A stretch of DNA of 23,363 nt from Neophaeotheca triangularis (taxonomy: Eukaryota). The stretch covers positions 248,001 to 271,363 of the forward strand of contig BAAIJX010000030.1 in assembly GCA_054600435.1 (NCBI GenBank). Reading direction: 5' to 3'. This document shows, piece by piece, positions 1 through 11,100 of this stretch. The stretch's first letter is position 1, and the number at the start of each line of letters is the position of its first letter. Made by a program: the position numbers and the translations under genes. The notes under the pieces are model-generated. The model did no database searches and was not told the origin of the DNA. It saw nothing but the letters and a program-made list of their open reading frames with translations.

Positions 1-64
1 GCGGCATAGATTGCGCGGCGACGAGGCCGGCGAAGATGCCGACTGCGATCTTGAGTCCGAGCAT
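1..64 (-). CDS. 5' end of a probable secreted protein (partial; runs off the window edge)
   Basis: The reverse complement of 1-64 reads ATG CTC GGA CTC AAG... = MLGLKIAVGIFAGLVAAQSMP. This has a basic residue, a hydrophobic core and a V-A-A|Q signal-peptidase-like site. The ATG follows an A-rich leader, with a TATATAAA about 155 nt upstream. Too short to assign a family. Confidence 0.65.
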   Translation of the reverse strand, partial: MLGLKIAVGIFAGLVAAQSMP

Positions 65-217
65 TTTTTTTCTTCTTCTTAGTACGTGTATAGATATCGT
101 GAGTTTTGTATAGATGAAAGAAGGGTGATCTGCGTCAAGGGTATATGAAAGCCGGGAGAATGAAAAAGAAGAGAGTACGAAAAAGCTGTCGAGCTCGCGA
201 CCCTTGCATCGTGCAGC

Positions 218-225
218 TTTATATA
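218..225 (-). promoter_or_regulatory. Putative TATA box (TATATAAA) of the secreted-protein gene
   Basis: The + strand reads tttatata, i.e. TATATAAA on the - strand, at a plausible distance upstream of the ATG at 64. Confidence 0.45.
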
Positions 226-659
226 CATGTACGACATACAACCCGACAGGCCCTGCGCGATATGCCGGTTCTGGGGGGGAGAGGGGGCGAAGGGCCGCAG
301 CGCGCATATCAAAACGGGTCGCTACCTATCACACCTTGCTCGCGACTCCACACGGGCTACGGCGAGCTGGAGAGGCTATTAAGTTAAGGCCAACAACAAG
401 ACGCTTTCGCGCCGTCGGTTTCGTGAGACGTTGGGGACAGCAGCACAGCTGTTCCCCCCGAGTGATGAGAGTCAGCGCGGCGCGGAGCTTTGAAACTTGA
501 GGTGCTGTTCGAGTCGCGTTCTATCGTGTCGTGCAAATCGGAAGCAAGAAGGCCGCTGCTCTGCCACGTTTTGTAGTAGTGAGTGTGTGATGATGCAGGG
601 TCGGCGTGGGAATTGCTTGTTCTGTCGGCGTGAAACCGATGGCTTCGAAGTCTGTAGAC

Positions 660-715
660 TAGGTAGTAGGTAGTAGGTACTACTACTCACTATTACTAGG
701 TACTAGTAGGTAGGT
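660..715. repeat. Degenerate TAG/TAGG/TAC low-complexity microsatellite
   Basis: taggtagtaggtagtaggtactactactcactattactaggtactagtaggtaggt is directly visible in the sequence. Confidence 0.65.
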
Positions 716-1706
716 GAAGGTTGTATCTCATTCTCCACCTGTTTTGTGCGGGCCAACGGGTTTTTTGGGCTGGTGGTTGGTTTCACAGACGGGAAACGTT
801 TGCAAGGGTCCAAACAGTAGTCTACCTTACAGAGATAATAATGCTTGCGGTCGGCGGTCGGCCGATAAGACACGGTGCATAGGTGTGTCAATATTGTGCG
901 ATTGTTGCTAGTAGGAAACAGCAAAATTCCAATATTGTCCAATCGTTATCGCTGAAGATTTACAACCTTGCATGAAGTTGCGTATATACATATTATCATT
1001 ACATACCTTGCACAACGGTGATTTTCGGGCGCGGGTTTAGAGCTGGGGCGTCAAGTGGAGTCAGCTGACTCGCGGTGGAATCTGACGAGTCAACAACAGA
1101 ATCCATCAGAAGCTGATCCCACTTTCTTCACTTCTACAGGTAACAGGGCATCTTCAAATCTTACACGGATTCTTACTTGTGTGACGAGTAACTTGTCAGA
1201 GTTTGTCGAGGCATCGTCTCCAACGGACAAGCGCGACGACTTGAGCAGGATTTCAATAGGTAGAGTAGTACCATGCCATGTCGATTCATGCCACATGGAT
1301 ACCTGGCCCGACCCCTGTGAACTTCTTGATCGACCTCGAGATTTAAGGTGAACCCGCAATCGTTTGACCTTTCGGAAAGTTACCCAGCTGATGACTCGCT
1401 GCCAATCAAAGGCTGTCCGTGGGCTCGAGTCTGGATTGCTTCCAACCCTCAAGCAAGTGCGCGAACTGGACGCTCGGCGTGGTTGCACTAACGTTAGTAG
1501 TAGCTAGCAGCTCGGCATTAAGTATTGCTGGTGGACTCGTTCACGTTCGCAACCATATATTGTGACGACATTTTGCGTTGCAGTACTTAGCAGTCAATAG
1601 TGGTGGTTGACTCCTAGCAGCGGAACTCGGTTTGTAGTGCATCACACCTGGGCACTGGGAAGGTGGTCGAGGCCGGTGGAGGCATGATCAGCTTACAGCG
1701 CCGCCT

Positions 1707-2810
1707 TCAGCTTTTCTCAGTCGCGACTTCAGCACCGATAGCATCCAGCCATTTCAATCTCCAGGCCGAAAACTCGTCCTCCCTGCCATCCCACGACATC
1801 TTCGCTGTCTCGCTAGCAAGCTTCGCCTCGTCAACACATCCCTTCAACTGTTCCCTGACGGCCTCTTCTTCCAAATCATAGAAAGCACTAGCCAAGTCAT
1901 CAACCTGGTGCGGTATCTTCTTCAACGCATCCATCAACCGATCAAGCCTCTCCGCACCCGCGAGCTCACCACCACTAACCGCCGTATCCTCCATCTTGAA
2001 AGTCTTCAACCGCCTTTTCCCCAATGCAGCATACAGCAGCGTAATCTTTTTCAGCTTCCCCATAGCCTCTTCCACCAGCCTCTTCAACTCCGGCCGGTCC
2101 TGCGGCATGCTATTCGCCGCGTTAAAGACATCGTCCAAACTATCCGTATCCCCCGCCACCGCTTCATCATCACTATCCAGCAAAGCGTCCTTCTGCCCCT
2201 CCGTATCCAAATCCTCGCCTTCCATCCACTCATGCAATTCCGTGATAGCGTCCTTGATAGTCTCCCGCCACTGCTCAGCTTTCTGCACAGCCAAGCCCGC
2301 GATCCCCAACCCCTTCAACTCCGCGAGCGCATCGCAAGACTCCCAAACGACGCCCGTAGAAGCCAGGCTGTCGCGTCTCCGGCTCACTACCGAGCTGTCT
2401 CCTTGAGAAATCGCACGCACTTCTTGCAACAGCATTTCCATTTCCTTGAAAACTCGTCTTGTTCGGAGCTCTGCTTCTTTGCCCGCGAAGGCCCCCCATG
2501 TGGCTTTCTCTTGCGTGAGGATTTGGTTCGCGCTGATCATGGCGGGGAGGCATGTCGTTGAGAGCTCGCGCAGGACCGTGGTGACCGCGGAAGGCGTGAA
2601 GGGCTTGTTGATGGCGAGGAGGCTCAGTTTTGTCGTGTGGGCTTTGAGGAGGAGGGCGGAATCGTGGAGGACATTGAGGGGGTTTGGCGGGTTTGCAATC
2701 GTGGCGCTGGCTTCGGTTGCTCCCAGAGATGAGACGAAGCGTTCTAAGAGGGCCAGTGTTGATGCTATGAGGTCGGCCAGAGCCTTTTGTTGATCTTCTT
2801 TCGACGCCAT
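1707..2810 (-). CDS. GCIP / cyclin-D1-binding protein 1 (CCNDBP1)-like helical protein, 367 aa, intronless
   Basis: First true ATG is at 2810 in a good context (ccaccATGG); the ORF-track start at 2915 is a TTG. The motifs LLKAHTTKLSLL..KPFTPSA, LASTGVVWESCDAL, IKDAITELHEW, a central acidic tract and VDDLASAFYD resemble fungal GCIP-family proteins. Confidence 0.75.
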   Translation of the reverse strand: MASKEDQQKALADLIASTLALLERFVSSLGATEASATIANPPNPLNVLHDSALLLKAHTTKLSLLAINKPFTPSAVTTVLRELSTTCLPAMISANQILTQEKATWGAFAGKEAELRTRRVFKEMEMLLQEVRAISQGDSSVVSRRRDSLASTGVVWESCDALAELKGLGIAGLAVQKAEQWRETIKDAITELHEWMEGEDLDTEGQKDALLDSDDEAVAGDTDSLDDVFNAANSMPQDRPELKRLVEEAMGKLKKITLLYAALGKRRLKTFKMEDTAVSGGELAGAERLDRLMDALKKIPHQVDDLASAFYDLEEEAVREQLKGCVDEAKLASETAKMSWDGREDEFSAWRLKWLDAIGAEVATEKS

Positions 2811-3066
2811 GGTGGATGTGCAGTGTGTTAGGGTGACGGTGGGTTTCGAGCAGGGAAGATAGGTTGCGAAAGAAAGTTTTGGAGTGGTCGAAGACGAGAG
2901 CCCGGTAAGCTTCAATCAATGTGGCCAAATCTTAATCAATATCGGCGCAATTTACCCCACCCACTCTACGCGTCTCAAGTTTAGCCACGCGCATGACCTC
3001 TACTTTCTTTCTCAACTTCCACCAACCTTCCAATTGCCTCGTAGAGTGAATGGTTACAACACCGCA

Positions 3067-4509
3067 ATGGCACGCTCAAAGAACCAACGGCAATCGAACG
3101 CCAACGCCGCAGCAGCCGTCAACAAGACGCTGATCCTCGACAACGGCGGCCACAGCATCAAAGCCGGCTTCAGTTCACCGTCGCCCGAACCTAGCACCTC
3201 CGACTGCCACATCCTACCCAACGCTATAGCAAGAAGCACACGAGACCGCCGCACCTACGTCGCCTCGGAAATCGACACTTGCATCGACTACGGTGAGCTC
3301 GCGTTCCGGAGACCGATCGAGAAAGGCATCGTGACCAACTGGGAGAGCGAGAAAGCCATCTGGGAGCATGAGTTCGCGGAAAAGGCCAAGTTGGGGGGTG
3401 TAGAGCCGGAGCAGACGCAGTTGGTGCTGACGGAGGGACCCAATGCGCCTGCGACGCTGCAGAGGTGGGCGGACGAGATGGTTTTCGAGGAGTTTGGGTT
3501 TGCCGGGGCGTGCAGGGTTGGAGGTGGGTGATTATTTGCTTCTTGCTGCTACGGCTCTGCGGGTGGGTAGTGCTAGCTGTTGGGGGGACGTTGGACTCGC
3601 TGACATTTGGGTTTAGGGGTCACGCTGAATGCTTTTGCGCCTTCGCCGTTTGAGGGAGCTGCGCAATTGCCGCCAGGACAGCCTTTGGAGTGTCTTTTGG
3701 TGGTCGATGCGGGATATTCGCACACTACAGTCACCCCGCTGTATCATGGAAGACCGATACATCCGGCTTGCAGACGACTGGAAGTCGGTGGCAAAACTTT
3801 ATCGAATCAGCTCAAGGCAGTACTATCTCGGCAAGCTGAGCTGCAGAAGGAGGACTGGATCGCGAACCAAATCAAGGAAGATTGCTGTTTCGTTTCACAA
3901 ACGCCCGGAGACTTTGCCAGGAACCTCGAAAGGACGTGGAAAGGCGGTGCCAAGGATCCACGAGACATGGATCACACTTTGATGCTCGACTACGTACTGC
4001 CTGACTACGAGAACATCCACCGCGGATTTGCTCGCCCACACGACCCTTCCAAAGACGCAAAGAGCAGGCGACTAGGTCTTGCAGGACAACCCAAAGAAGA
4101 TATTATCACTTTGGCAAACGAGCGCTTCACCGTTCCAGAGCTATTGTTCTCGCCTGCCGACCTTGGCATGCAGCAGGAAGGCGTGGTAGGAACTGTGCTC
4201 CAGGTCGTAAACGCACTACCGGAAGCCCTGAGGCAGCCTTTCTTAGCTAACGTGCTGGTCGTCGGGGGTACTAGTCTCTTACCTGGTTTCGTGGAAAGGC
4301 TTGACTTTGAGTTGAGGAGCTTAATCGACGTTGAGACGGTGGTTCGGGTCGCGAAGCCAGAGGATCCCGTCAAGAACGCTTGGCTAGGGGGTGCCATGCT
4401 TGCATCGAATCATGAAGCTCTACGACACTTTGTCGTTACGAAGCAAGAGTACCAAGAACACGGCCCACAGTGGGCGAGTAGGAAATTTGCGGGAAAGATA
4501 GGCCGGTAG
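3067..4509 (+). CDS. ARP6: Actin-related protein 6 (SWR1 complex subunit), 449 aa; exons 3067-3523 and 3617-4509
   Basis: Actin-fold motifs: TLILDNGGHSIKAGF, FRRPIEKGIVTNWE, VFEEFGF, LVVDAGYSHTTVTP, DYVLPDY (Arp6-typical), NERFTVPELLFSPAD and VTKQEYQEHG. Phase-1 intron 3524-3616 (GTGGGT...GCTGAC...TTTAG) joins the two ORFs in frame. Confidence 0.93.
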
Positions 4510-4677
4510 CACGCATCCTAACCGCCGACTGCTGTCATACTCGTCACGAACACGGTTGTGACGAGTAGACGAAGCCGCTCTGTTCTTGCGGATGTGCATC
4601 GAAGAATCGAGAGACTCCGCGAATATCCACATAAAGTAGCCACGATGCTATCCTAGGCTGAAGTCGCGAAAGTCTCG

Positions 4678-6126
4678 TTAGGTCAAGGCTCCTGCAGACG
4701 GCTCAATACTCATCTGCGGGCCCTCTGCGTTGTTCTCATTATACTCCGCCACCGCAGCCTGCACGCTCAGATCGCGAAAGCGCTCTCTGTTGCGCTCAGA
4801 GTACTTGCCAAGGGCACGCAGCAGGTTCTTGCCTTCGGTAACAACCTGCGGCATCTCGTGGCTCAGCAACTTCTGCAGAGCGGGCACAGTCCTCTCATCG
4901 TCTCCCACGGCTTCGGCCACTATCAAGGACTTGGAAGTGAGGATCCACATCCATAGCAGGCCGGTGATGGAGTGCAGGGTATTGGCGCTGTCACTGGACA
5001 GTATGCCTGCCAATATGGGCATGTGTATGTGCTGTCGCTCGACTGTATTGAGATGGAATTCAAAAGGCTGGCCGATCCAGAGAACGTTCGCTAGAATCTG
5101 GCATCCTGCTGCTGATACAATCTCGCTTTGTACTGCTTTTTGCCCGTTGGTAGATGGCTGGTTACTCCTGTCCAGAGATTTAATTGCATCAAAAATCGTG
5201 TCCCACGCCGCAGAGTCGGTAAGAGGATGCTGAACTCTGAAGTAGGGATTCGTAGCAGCGTCCGATAGAACCCAAAGCAGACTCGCAGACAAGGGTGCCA
5301 CGAGCTTCACATCGTCCTCTTCCGCACCGTCTTCTTTGAGGTGCATGACAAAAGCCTCGTTCTCTTCAAGTAATCGCCACAGACGTAAAAGGCCGTTTTG
5401 AGCAATCATTTCCTCTAGCCAATCCTCCTGCTTTGCAAACAGTAGCACCGTAGACACGAGAGATGCCCAGTCTTCGGCTCCGAGCCACTCTTGTGACGAC
5501 TGCCAGTTCTGCCCAAAATACCTGCGAGGGACTTTCATCAGGACGCCAACGTCGGACGGCTGCAGTTGCTCGACGGTGCGCCCTTCTTCCTGTGTCATTT
5601 CTCGTGCTCGGTTACCCAGCTGAAAGAGCAGCTCTGTAGCCACTGGTACAGCTTTCACGTGAAAGTGGCCATCGAGCGCGTGGAGAGTTTGCCGAAAGCA
5701 GCGCGATTCGCTGCACGCGCTCAAGGTCGTAGGTGAGTCGTGGCAGATGTTGTTGAGCACCCCGACAATGATACCGTTTTTCTCCACCTCGAAGGTATTT
5801 GCCTTCTCAGTCGTGAAAAGCCTTGCCGCCCAATCGAAGCCGTGATTTCTGGATACATGCTCTCGAGCGGCATGGTTGTCGATGACAGCGTTGCCGATAC
5901 AGCTCAAGGCCAGAGAGATGACTGAAGTATCGCAGGCTTGAGTAATCTCGATGAGCTTGTCGAGAACGTTCGGGTTACCCAATCGTTGGCGGGATTTCTC
6001 ATTTTCCCGGCTGCATGCTCGTAGTTTTATCAATGTCTCCGTCAAAATAGTTGCCGTTGGCTCGGAGACTAGGAGTTCTTCTATGGCATTGTCCAGATCT
6101 GGTGATGGGACGTCGGCCGGAACCAT
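4678..6126 (-). CDS. Armadillo-repeat protein, distantly SmgGDS/RAP1GDS1 (Bem4)-like, about 482 aa
   Basis: Long open frame with first ATG at 6126. Leu-rich helical repeats, and ALSCIGNAVIDNHAARE resembles the N-terminal ARM motif of SmgGDS-like proteins; AAGCQILANV and LLRALGK are ARM-like. The family call is tentative. Confidence 0.6.
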   Translation of the reverse strand: MVPADVPSPDLDNAIEELLVSEPTATILTETLIKLRACSRENEKSRQRLGNPNVLDKLIEITQACDTSVISLALSCIGNAVIDNHAAREHVSRNHGFDWAARLFTTEKANTFEVEKNGIIVGVLNNICHDSPTTLSACSESRCFRQTLHALDGHFHVKAVPVATELLFQLGNRAREMTQEEGRTVEQLQPSDVGVLMKVPRRYFGQNWQSSQEWLGAEDWASLVSTVLLFAKQEDWLEEMIAQNGLLRLWRLLEENEAFVMHLKEDGAEEDDVKLVAPLSASLLWVLSDAATNPYFRVQHPLTDSAAWDTIFDAIKSLDRSNQPSTNGQKAVQSEIVSAAGCQILANVLWIGQPFEFHLNTVERQHIHMPILAGILSSDSANTLHSITGLLWMWILTSKSLIVAEAVGDDERTVPALQKLLSHEMPQVVTEGKNLLRALGKYSERNRERFRDLSVQAAVAEYNENNAEGPQMSIEPSAGALT

Positions 6127-6442
6127 ATCTGTAAAGCCGTCGCCCTCTGATGGTTGTTGCAAAGTTATCACAAGCGCGCTTAACAGTAGTGCAGTAAACG
6201 TAGTTGGATCCGGAAGGATGTTCTTGTAGGATGCTCAAGTTATATGAGTATTGCTAGGTAGTCTTTGGGTAACTTCCATTACTACCTACATTGCAGGGCA
6301 AGCACCTCACGATCCACGGATCTTAGTCAGCAAGAGCTCCAGCTCAGCAAGCTACCTTACCTGGTACGAACCACATCAAGCCAGCTATCGCAAACGAGCC
6401 TTACTACACCCCAGTGATACTACAGCACCAACGACCGCCAAA

Positions 6443-6857
6443 ATGACACGCGCCCAACAACAACTCTCCATCCTCCTCGTAGCGGCCTCGGTAAGGCCGA
6501 CCCGCACTTCCCACAAGCAGCCTGTATGACCCCAGCTAACCCGCAACCCGCCAAACAGATATATATGGCCCTGTACACAGGCCTAATACCCCTCCCCAGC
6601 AAGATACAAGAAGACATTGTCCCCGTCGTACGCTACCCTTAACTCTCAAATCAGTCCCCCAGACCTTTCGCTTTTGATCCTAACTAGAACGACAGCTACC
6701 TTTCTGGGCCCTCATATCTTTCGGCGCGCTGCTGCTTTTCCAGCTCGGCTACGGTGTTGCGACTTTCCACGATGTGCCCGAGGCGTATGATGAGTTAATG
6801 AATCAGATTGCCGTTGCGAGGGAAGACTTGAAGAAAAAAGGGGTGGAGGTTGATTAA
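6443..6857 (+). CDS. DPM3: Dolichol-phosphate mannosyltransferase subunit 3, 92 aa; exons 6443-6490, 6559-6627, 6696-6857
   Basis: Spliced product: MTRAQQQLSILLVAAS|IYMALYTGLIPLPSKIQEDIVPV|LPFWALISFGALLLFQLGYGVATFHDVPEAYDELMNQIAVAREDLKKKGVEVD. It has two TM segments and the DPM3-typical TFxDxPEAyxEL...ArxDLxxKG tail. Introns are GTAAGG..GCTAAC..CAG and GTACGC..CCTAAC..CAG, both phase 0. The full gene is absent from the ORF track. Confidence 0.95.
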
Positions 6858-8140
6858 GGCATTGGGAGTTCCAGGTCGGGGGATTGGAATGACGGCAATG
6901 CGAAGCGTGGAGTTTGGGGCGTTGGTTTGATCAAAAGTCTGGGTTATGCTAAGAGGTTAGGCCAGGGATCGGGGTAAGGGATGGATTTTGGCGAGAAGAC
7001 CGTCGATAGGTCAATATGTAATATGGTGGGAGCTGGCCCAGGAATTGGCGGACTTCAATAGGTGCTGGAGCTGCCTTTGTGGCTGGCCGCATACCGTTTC
7101 TCGAGACGATGAACCCTCCACGGGTCTGGCACGCTGTTGCCCCTGACCTTAAATCGCTTTTCATTTCCTTCACTACTCAAGACCGTCAAGCTAAGCTACC
7201 AATGAAGTTGAAGCCTCCCCCGTCACGGCATGTCAATTCTCTCAAAGCGTCCAACTGTCATCATTGAGTTGCTACGGGTCTGCAACTCATCGTTATTTCT
7301 CAGCTCTCGGCCTAGCTTAACCGAGCAACATTGTCAAGTAGGTATTTCATTTGGTCTCGTATTTGCGAGTCTGGTTGTTATGTGCTATCACGGCGCACAG
7401 CCTACAACAGCACTGTATAATCAGTAAGTTTGTATGTGTGTCCGGCGCATCTCGCATTCCTCGAGTTTCATTTTCTCTAGTATGCGGTCCTCAGCGCGGG
7501 CGAGACAACGGTTGTTCATTAGGAGCATGCGCAAGAAACGAATGTATGTCGTTTCAAGCTCCGGGTTCTGACTCCACAGGCCACTACTATAAAGGTACCT
7601 AGATTTAGGAGGTATGTTCGTCGAGGTAAGTGAAGCATCTACTAGTACTCAGCGGGACGACACTTGAGTTGCCGATAATAACACATCCTGTGCGCTTGAG
7701 CACATTGACAAATGCCCACTTTGTGGCCAAACGTCTACGAAAGGAAAGCAAAATCCTAACGAGACTCACGTGGAAGTGATAAGGTACTGGCTAGGAGGTA
7801 GAAGATGTATCGAGGCCAGGTCTTGCTTGCTCCACCAACAGACCTTGGGGCTCTGCGGGGACAAGCTTCAGCCAAGGACAAGCGCTTGCAGGGGTCAGCT
7901 GTGAGCAGCACAAGCAGCGTCACGAGCAAGACAGCCTCGAGCTCCGAGTACTTCGACAACACCACCACCACCTCCGCCTCCGCCTTCGACTCCGCCTCCG
8001 ACTCTTGGACCCGTCTTCGCCGCCTCGTATCGCAAAATCATCCCTACAGACATCTACCTAGGAATCAACCCAACACCCTACCACAGAATCCACGCGAATC
8101 TGCATCTACAACTGCATCTTCGTCGCAGTGGGCGGCGTCT

Positions 8141-11100
8141 ATGTCGCTCCAAATCTTCGTTGCACACACTGGCCAGCGACTCGCCCTCGATTCCTCGCAG
8201 GTCAATACCCCCGAATCCCTACGGTCATGGATCGCAGACAGTGCCTCAATACCGGCCCGAAATCAGATCGTCCTCACAGCCAAGGGTAAGCTCGTGCGCG
8301 CGCAGACCTTATTGACTGAGACGGAGCTTTTCGTATTTGAACGGAGCCTGTTCAGTGGCGAATCTCCTACAGCTTCGGCGGCGACGTCGACGACTTCCGG
8401 GGAACATAGCACACACTATCAACCAGGGCCACCACCGGACCGAGTCGGCGATCAGGGGGATTTGCAGACATGGCAGAGTCTGTTCAAGTCGAGGAGAAGC
8501 TGGGCAATAACCTTGTTGGACGGATGTACGGGAATTGCGAGACAGGCGGAGAGACATCAAGACGAACAGGCTGTCATCGAGCGTAGTGTCAGCGTAGCCG
8601 TGGCCAGCTTGCGCCAACATCTCAAAACGGCCGAGCAGAAGCAGGCTACGATCGAAGATGGTTCGGATGAATTACTCAGGGGTCAAGAGGCGTTGCTCGA
8701 CAGCTGGGAGGCGAATCTGGACAGTCTGAGCCGTGTACCTGCACGCTCTGAGTTTGCGCGCTTCGTTCAGCCGGAAGATTCGAGACCAAAGGCCCGGCGA
8801 ACGTCGTCGGCAGGTGTGCAAGCAACGCTTCAGAACTTTGTGGACGTCAGTGCTATCAGGAAAGCCGCGGGCTCAGCAGAGTCAATTATCGCAGGCTTCT
8901 CTGACCAGATCACTGGCCTGAGGACCACCATCAACGATGTCAAAAAAGATAGCGATGAGCTCGTGCAGGCTGTGGATCAACTCGTCACAGCATCTCAGGC
9001 TAGTAACAGGTCGGAGCCCGCGCAGCTTCTTGAGGAAATCGAGATGGTGGTCAAGAAGATGACCTCCGATCTAGAGCATCTCCAATCTCTTCCCAAGACC
9101 TCACAATCTGTGGCCCAGGCTTCGAAAATGGCGTCTCTACACGGTCGCAACTACCTCCCAAACCTCGAAGAGTACTGCCAAGAGATGAATGAGCTCGTTC
9201 AGAGGACAAAAGAGCAACGCGACAACGCCCAGGAGACCGCCATGAGGCATATGCGAACGCTCTCCGCCATTGAGAGCCAGCTCGCAGACGTGTTCTCGCA
9301 AACAAAAGGACTCGAACAGCCCAGTGAGGATCACGAAGCCTTTGCGCCGCTTTCCGTGGTAGCTAGGTTACCTTCTGTATACGGCCAGCTGCTCGTGGAA
9401 TCGGTCAGGCGTCGCGAGTGGGTAGCAAAGATGAAGCGCGATGCTGCAACACTGCAGGAAGAGATGGCAACTTATCAGGAAGAAGAAGAAAAGCGACGTA
9501 AGAGGTGGCTGCGCTCGGTTGAAGATGTGGTCCAGCCCGAAGCCTTGCAGGCGCGAGCGCTTGGGATAGAATTCAATCTCCAAAACGAAGGCGGAAGTTG
9601 GCCGGTAGTCTCTCGCCAAGAGCTGGATGCATATTTAAAGACGCTGTATGATATCTACGGAGAGTCACCACTGACGGAAGAGATGGATTTATCGATCAGG
9701 GACCTTGACAAGCCTACTCGAAAACAGATCAAGCATGCAAAAGCTTTCAAGAATGGTAGCATGCACGAGGCGGCTTTTGGCGACACGTCGCTTATGTTGC
9801 GCGGCGACGACCAACACAAGGGTCTCAAAGAGAGCAATTCCCGGCTGGAAGAAGACCTCAAAGTCCAGAAAAGCAGAGTGCGCAGGCTTGAGGATCTGTT
9901 GTATAGGCAAAACACTGCAACCCGCGCATCGACCGACCTGTTCACGCCCCAGAGCACTACTATAGGGCCTCCTGGCATACCATCGCCGCAACCTTCGGAA
10001 GATGCTGTCAGGACATCCTCGCCTAGACATCGACGTCTGTCTTCGACCGCGCAAGCCATGGAAGAAAAGAAGCTTGCTCGGCGGGTCGTTGACTTGGAGG
10101 CCGAGCTGCAAGCTTCGAAAGAGAAAGTTGCGGCTCTCGAACAGGAAGCCAACGTTCGCCGTGACTCGGATGCGGAAGCACAGCAGCGCGTCGAAGAAGC
10201 AGTGTCAATCAAGAAGGACCTGATGGAGAACATGGAAGCGCAACAGCGTGAGTTTGCTGACGAGCGTAGGACGCTGGAGCAAGATTTGCGTGATTCCAAG
10301 GAGAAGATTGAAGAGCTTGAAGGCGCGATCGAAGGCATGGAGGATGAGCGGACTGTTGCTGACGCCCGTATTTTATCGCTGGAAGAAGAGATTTTGCACC
10401 TTAGGCACGATTCCTCTGGACATGCTGCGCGAGCCGCAAATGAACAAGACGCGAAGGTGGTAATGGAGAAGAAGCTGCAGGCTGCGCTGGAAGCCCAGAA
10501 GGCTGCCGAGCTGGAAGTTAAAAATTTGAAGGCTGCGCAGAAAGAGCGCGAAGGCGTCGAAGCTGAGCAGCTGGAACGTCTGACTGAGGCACATGCTCAT
10601 CTTGTTCCGGATGCCGAAGCGCCTAGAGGTCTGACTACTCTTTCCGCAACGCTCGAGGAGGTGGCTCGCAAGTCTGCCGCACATGCTAGAGACCTGGCGG
10701 AAGCCGTTGCTTTTGCAAAATCCGAGAACGAAAGCCTGCGTTCAAACAACGAGCAGCAAAGATCTCAACTGACAGAGGCCAACGGGCAACTCGGCGAGAT
10801 ATCCCAGCAGTCATCGAAACTCGAAGAGCAAGCTGCGGCAGAAGCCGCCAAATCATTTTCCCTTGAACAGCAACTCCGAGATGAACAAGAGCAGCTGCGC
10901 CTTCTTCGCAATAAATTTGCGGAAGGCGAGACAGGATCAGAAGTGCTGAGGCAGCGTGTGGCGGATGCAGAAGCTCAGGCCGGCAAGCTTTCATCAGAAC
11001 TCGCGGAGGCAAATTCTCACATCAACCACCTCGATATTGAGCTCATGCGCTTGCACAAGAAGCACCAGACCTACCACAGCACGGCCGAAGGTTTGGCGGA

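Noticed and set aside
1487..1498. 12-bp palindrome ACTAACGTTAGT
   Set aside because: A few palindromes of this length are expected by chance in 23 kb; no supporting context.
1908..2928. Overlapping 115-217 aa ORFs across the GCIP-like gene
   Set aside because: Antisense or alternate-frame shadows caused by GC-rich codon usage; no recognisable motifs.
2811..3066. N-terminal ORF extensions of GCIP-like (from 2915) and ARP6 (from 2884)
   Set aside because: Non-ATG starts that overlap each other within a 256-bp divergent promoter.
9655..10338. 227-aa Ser-rich antisense ORF inside ATG11
   Set aside because: Typical antisense mirror of Glu/Lys/Arg-rich coiled-coil codons.
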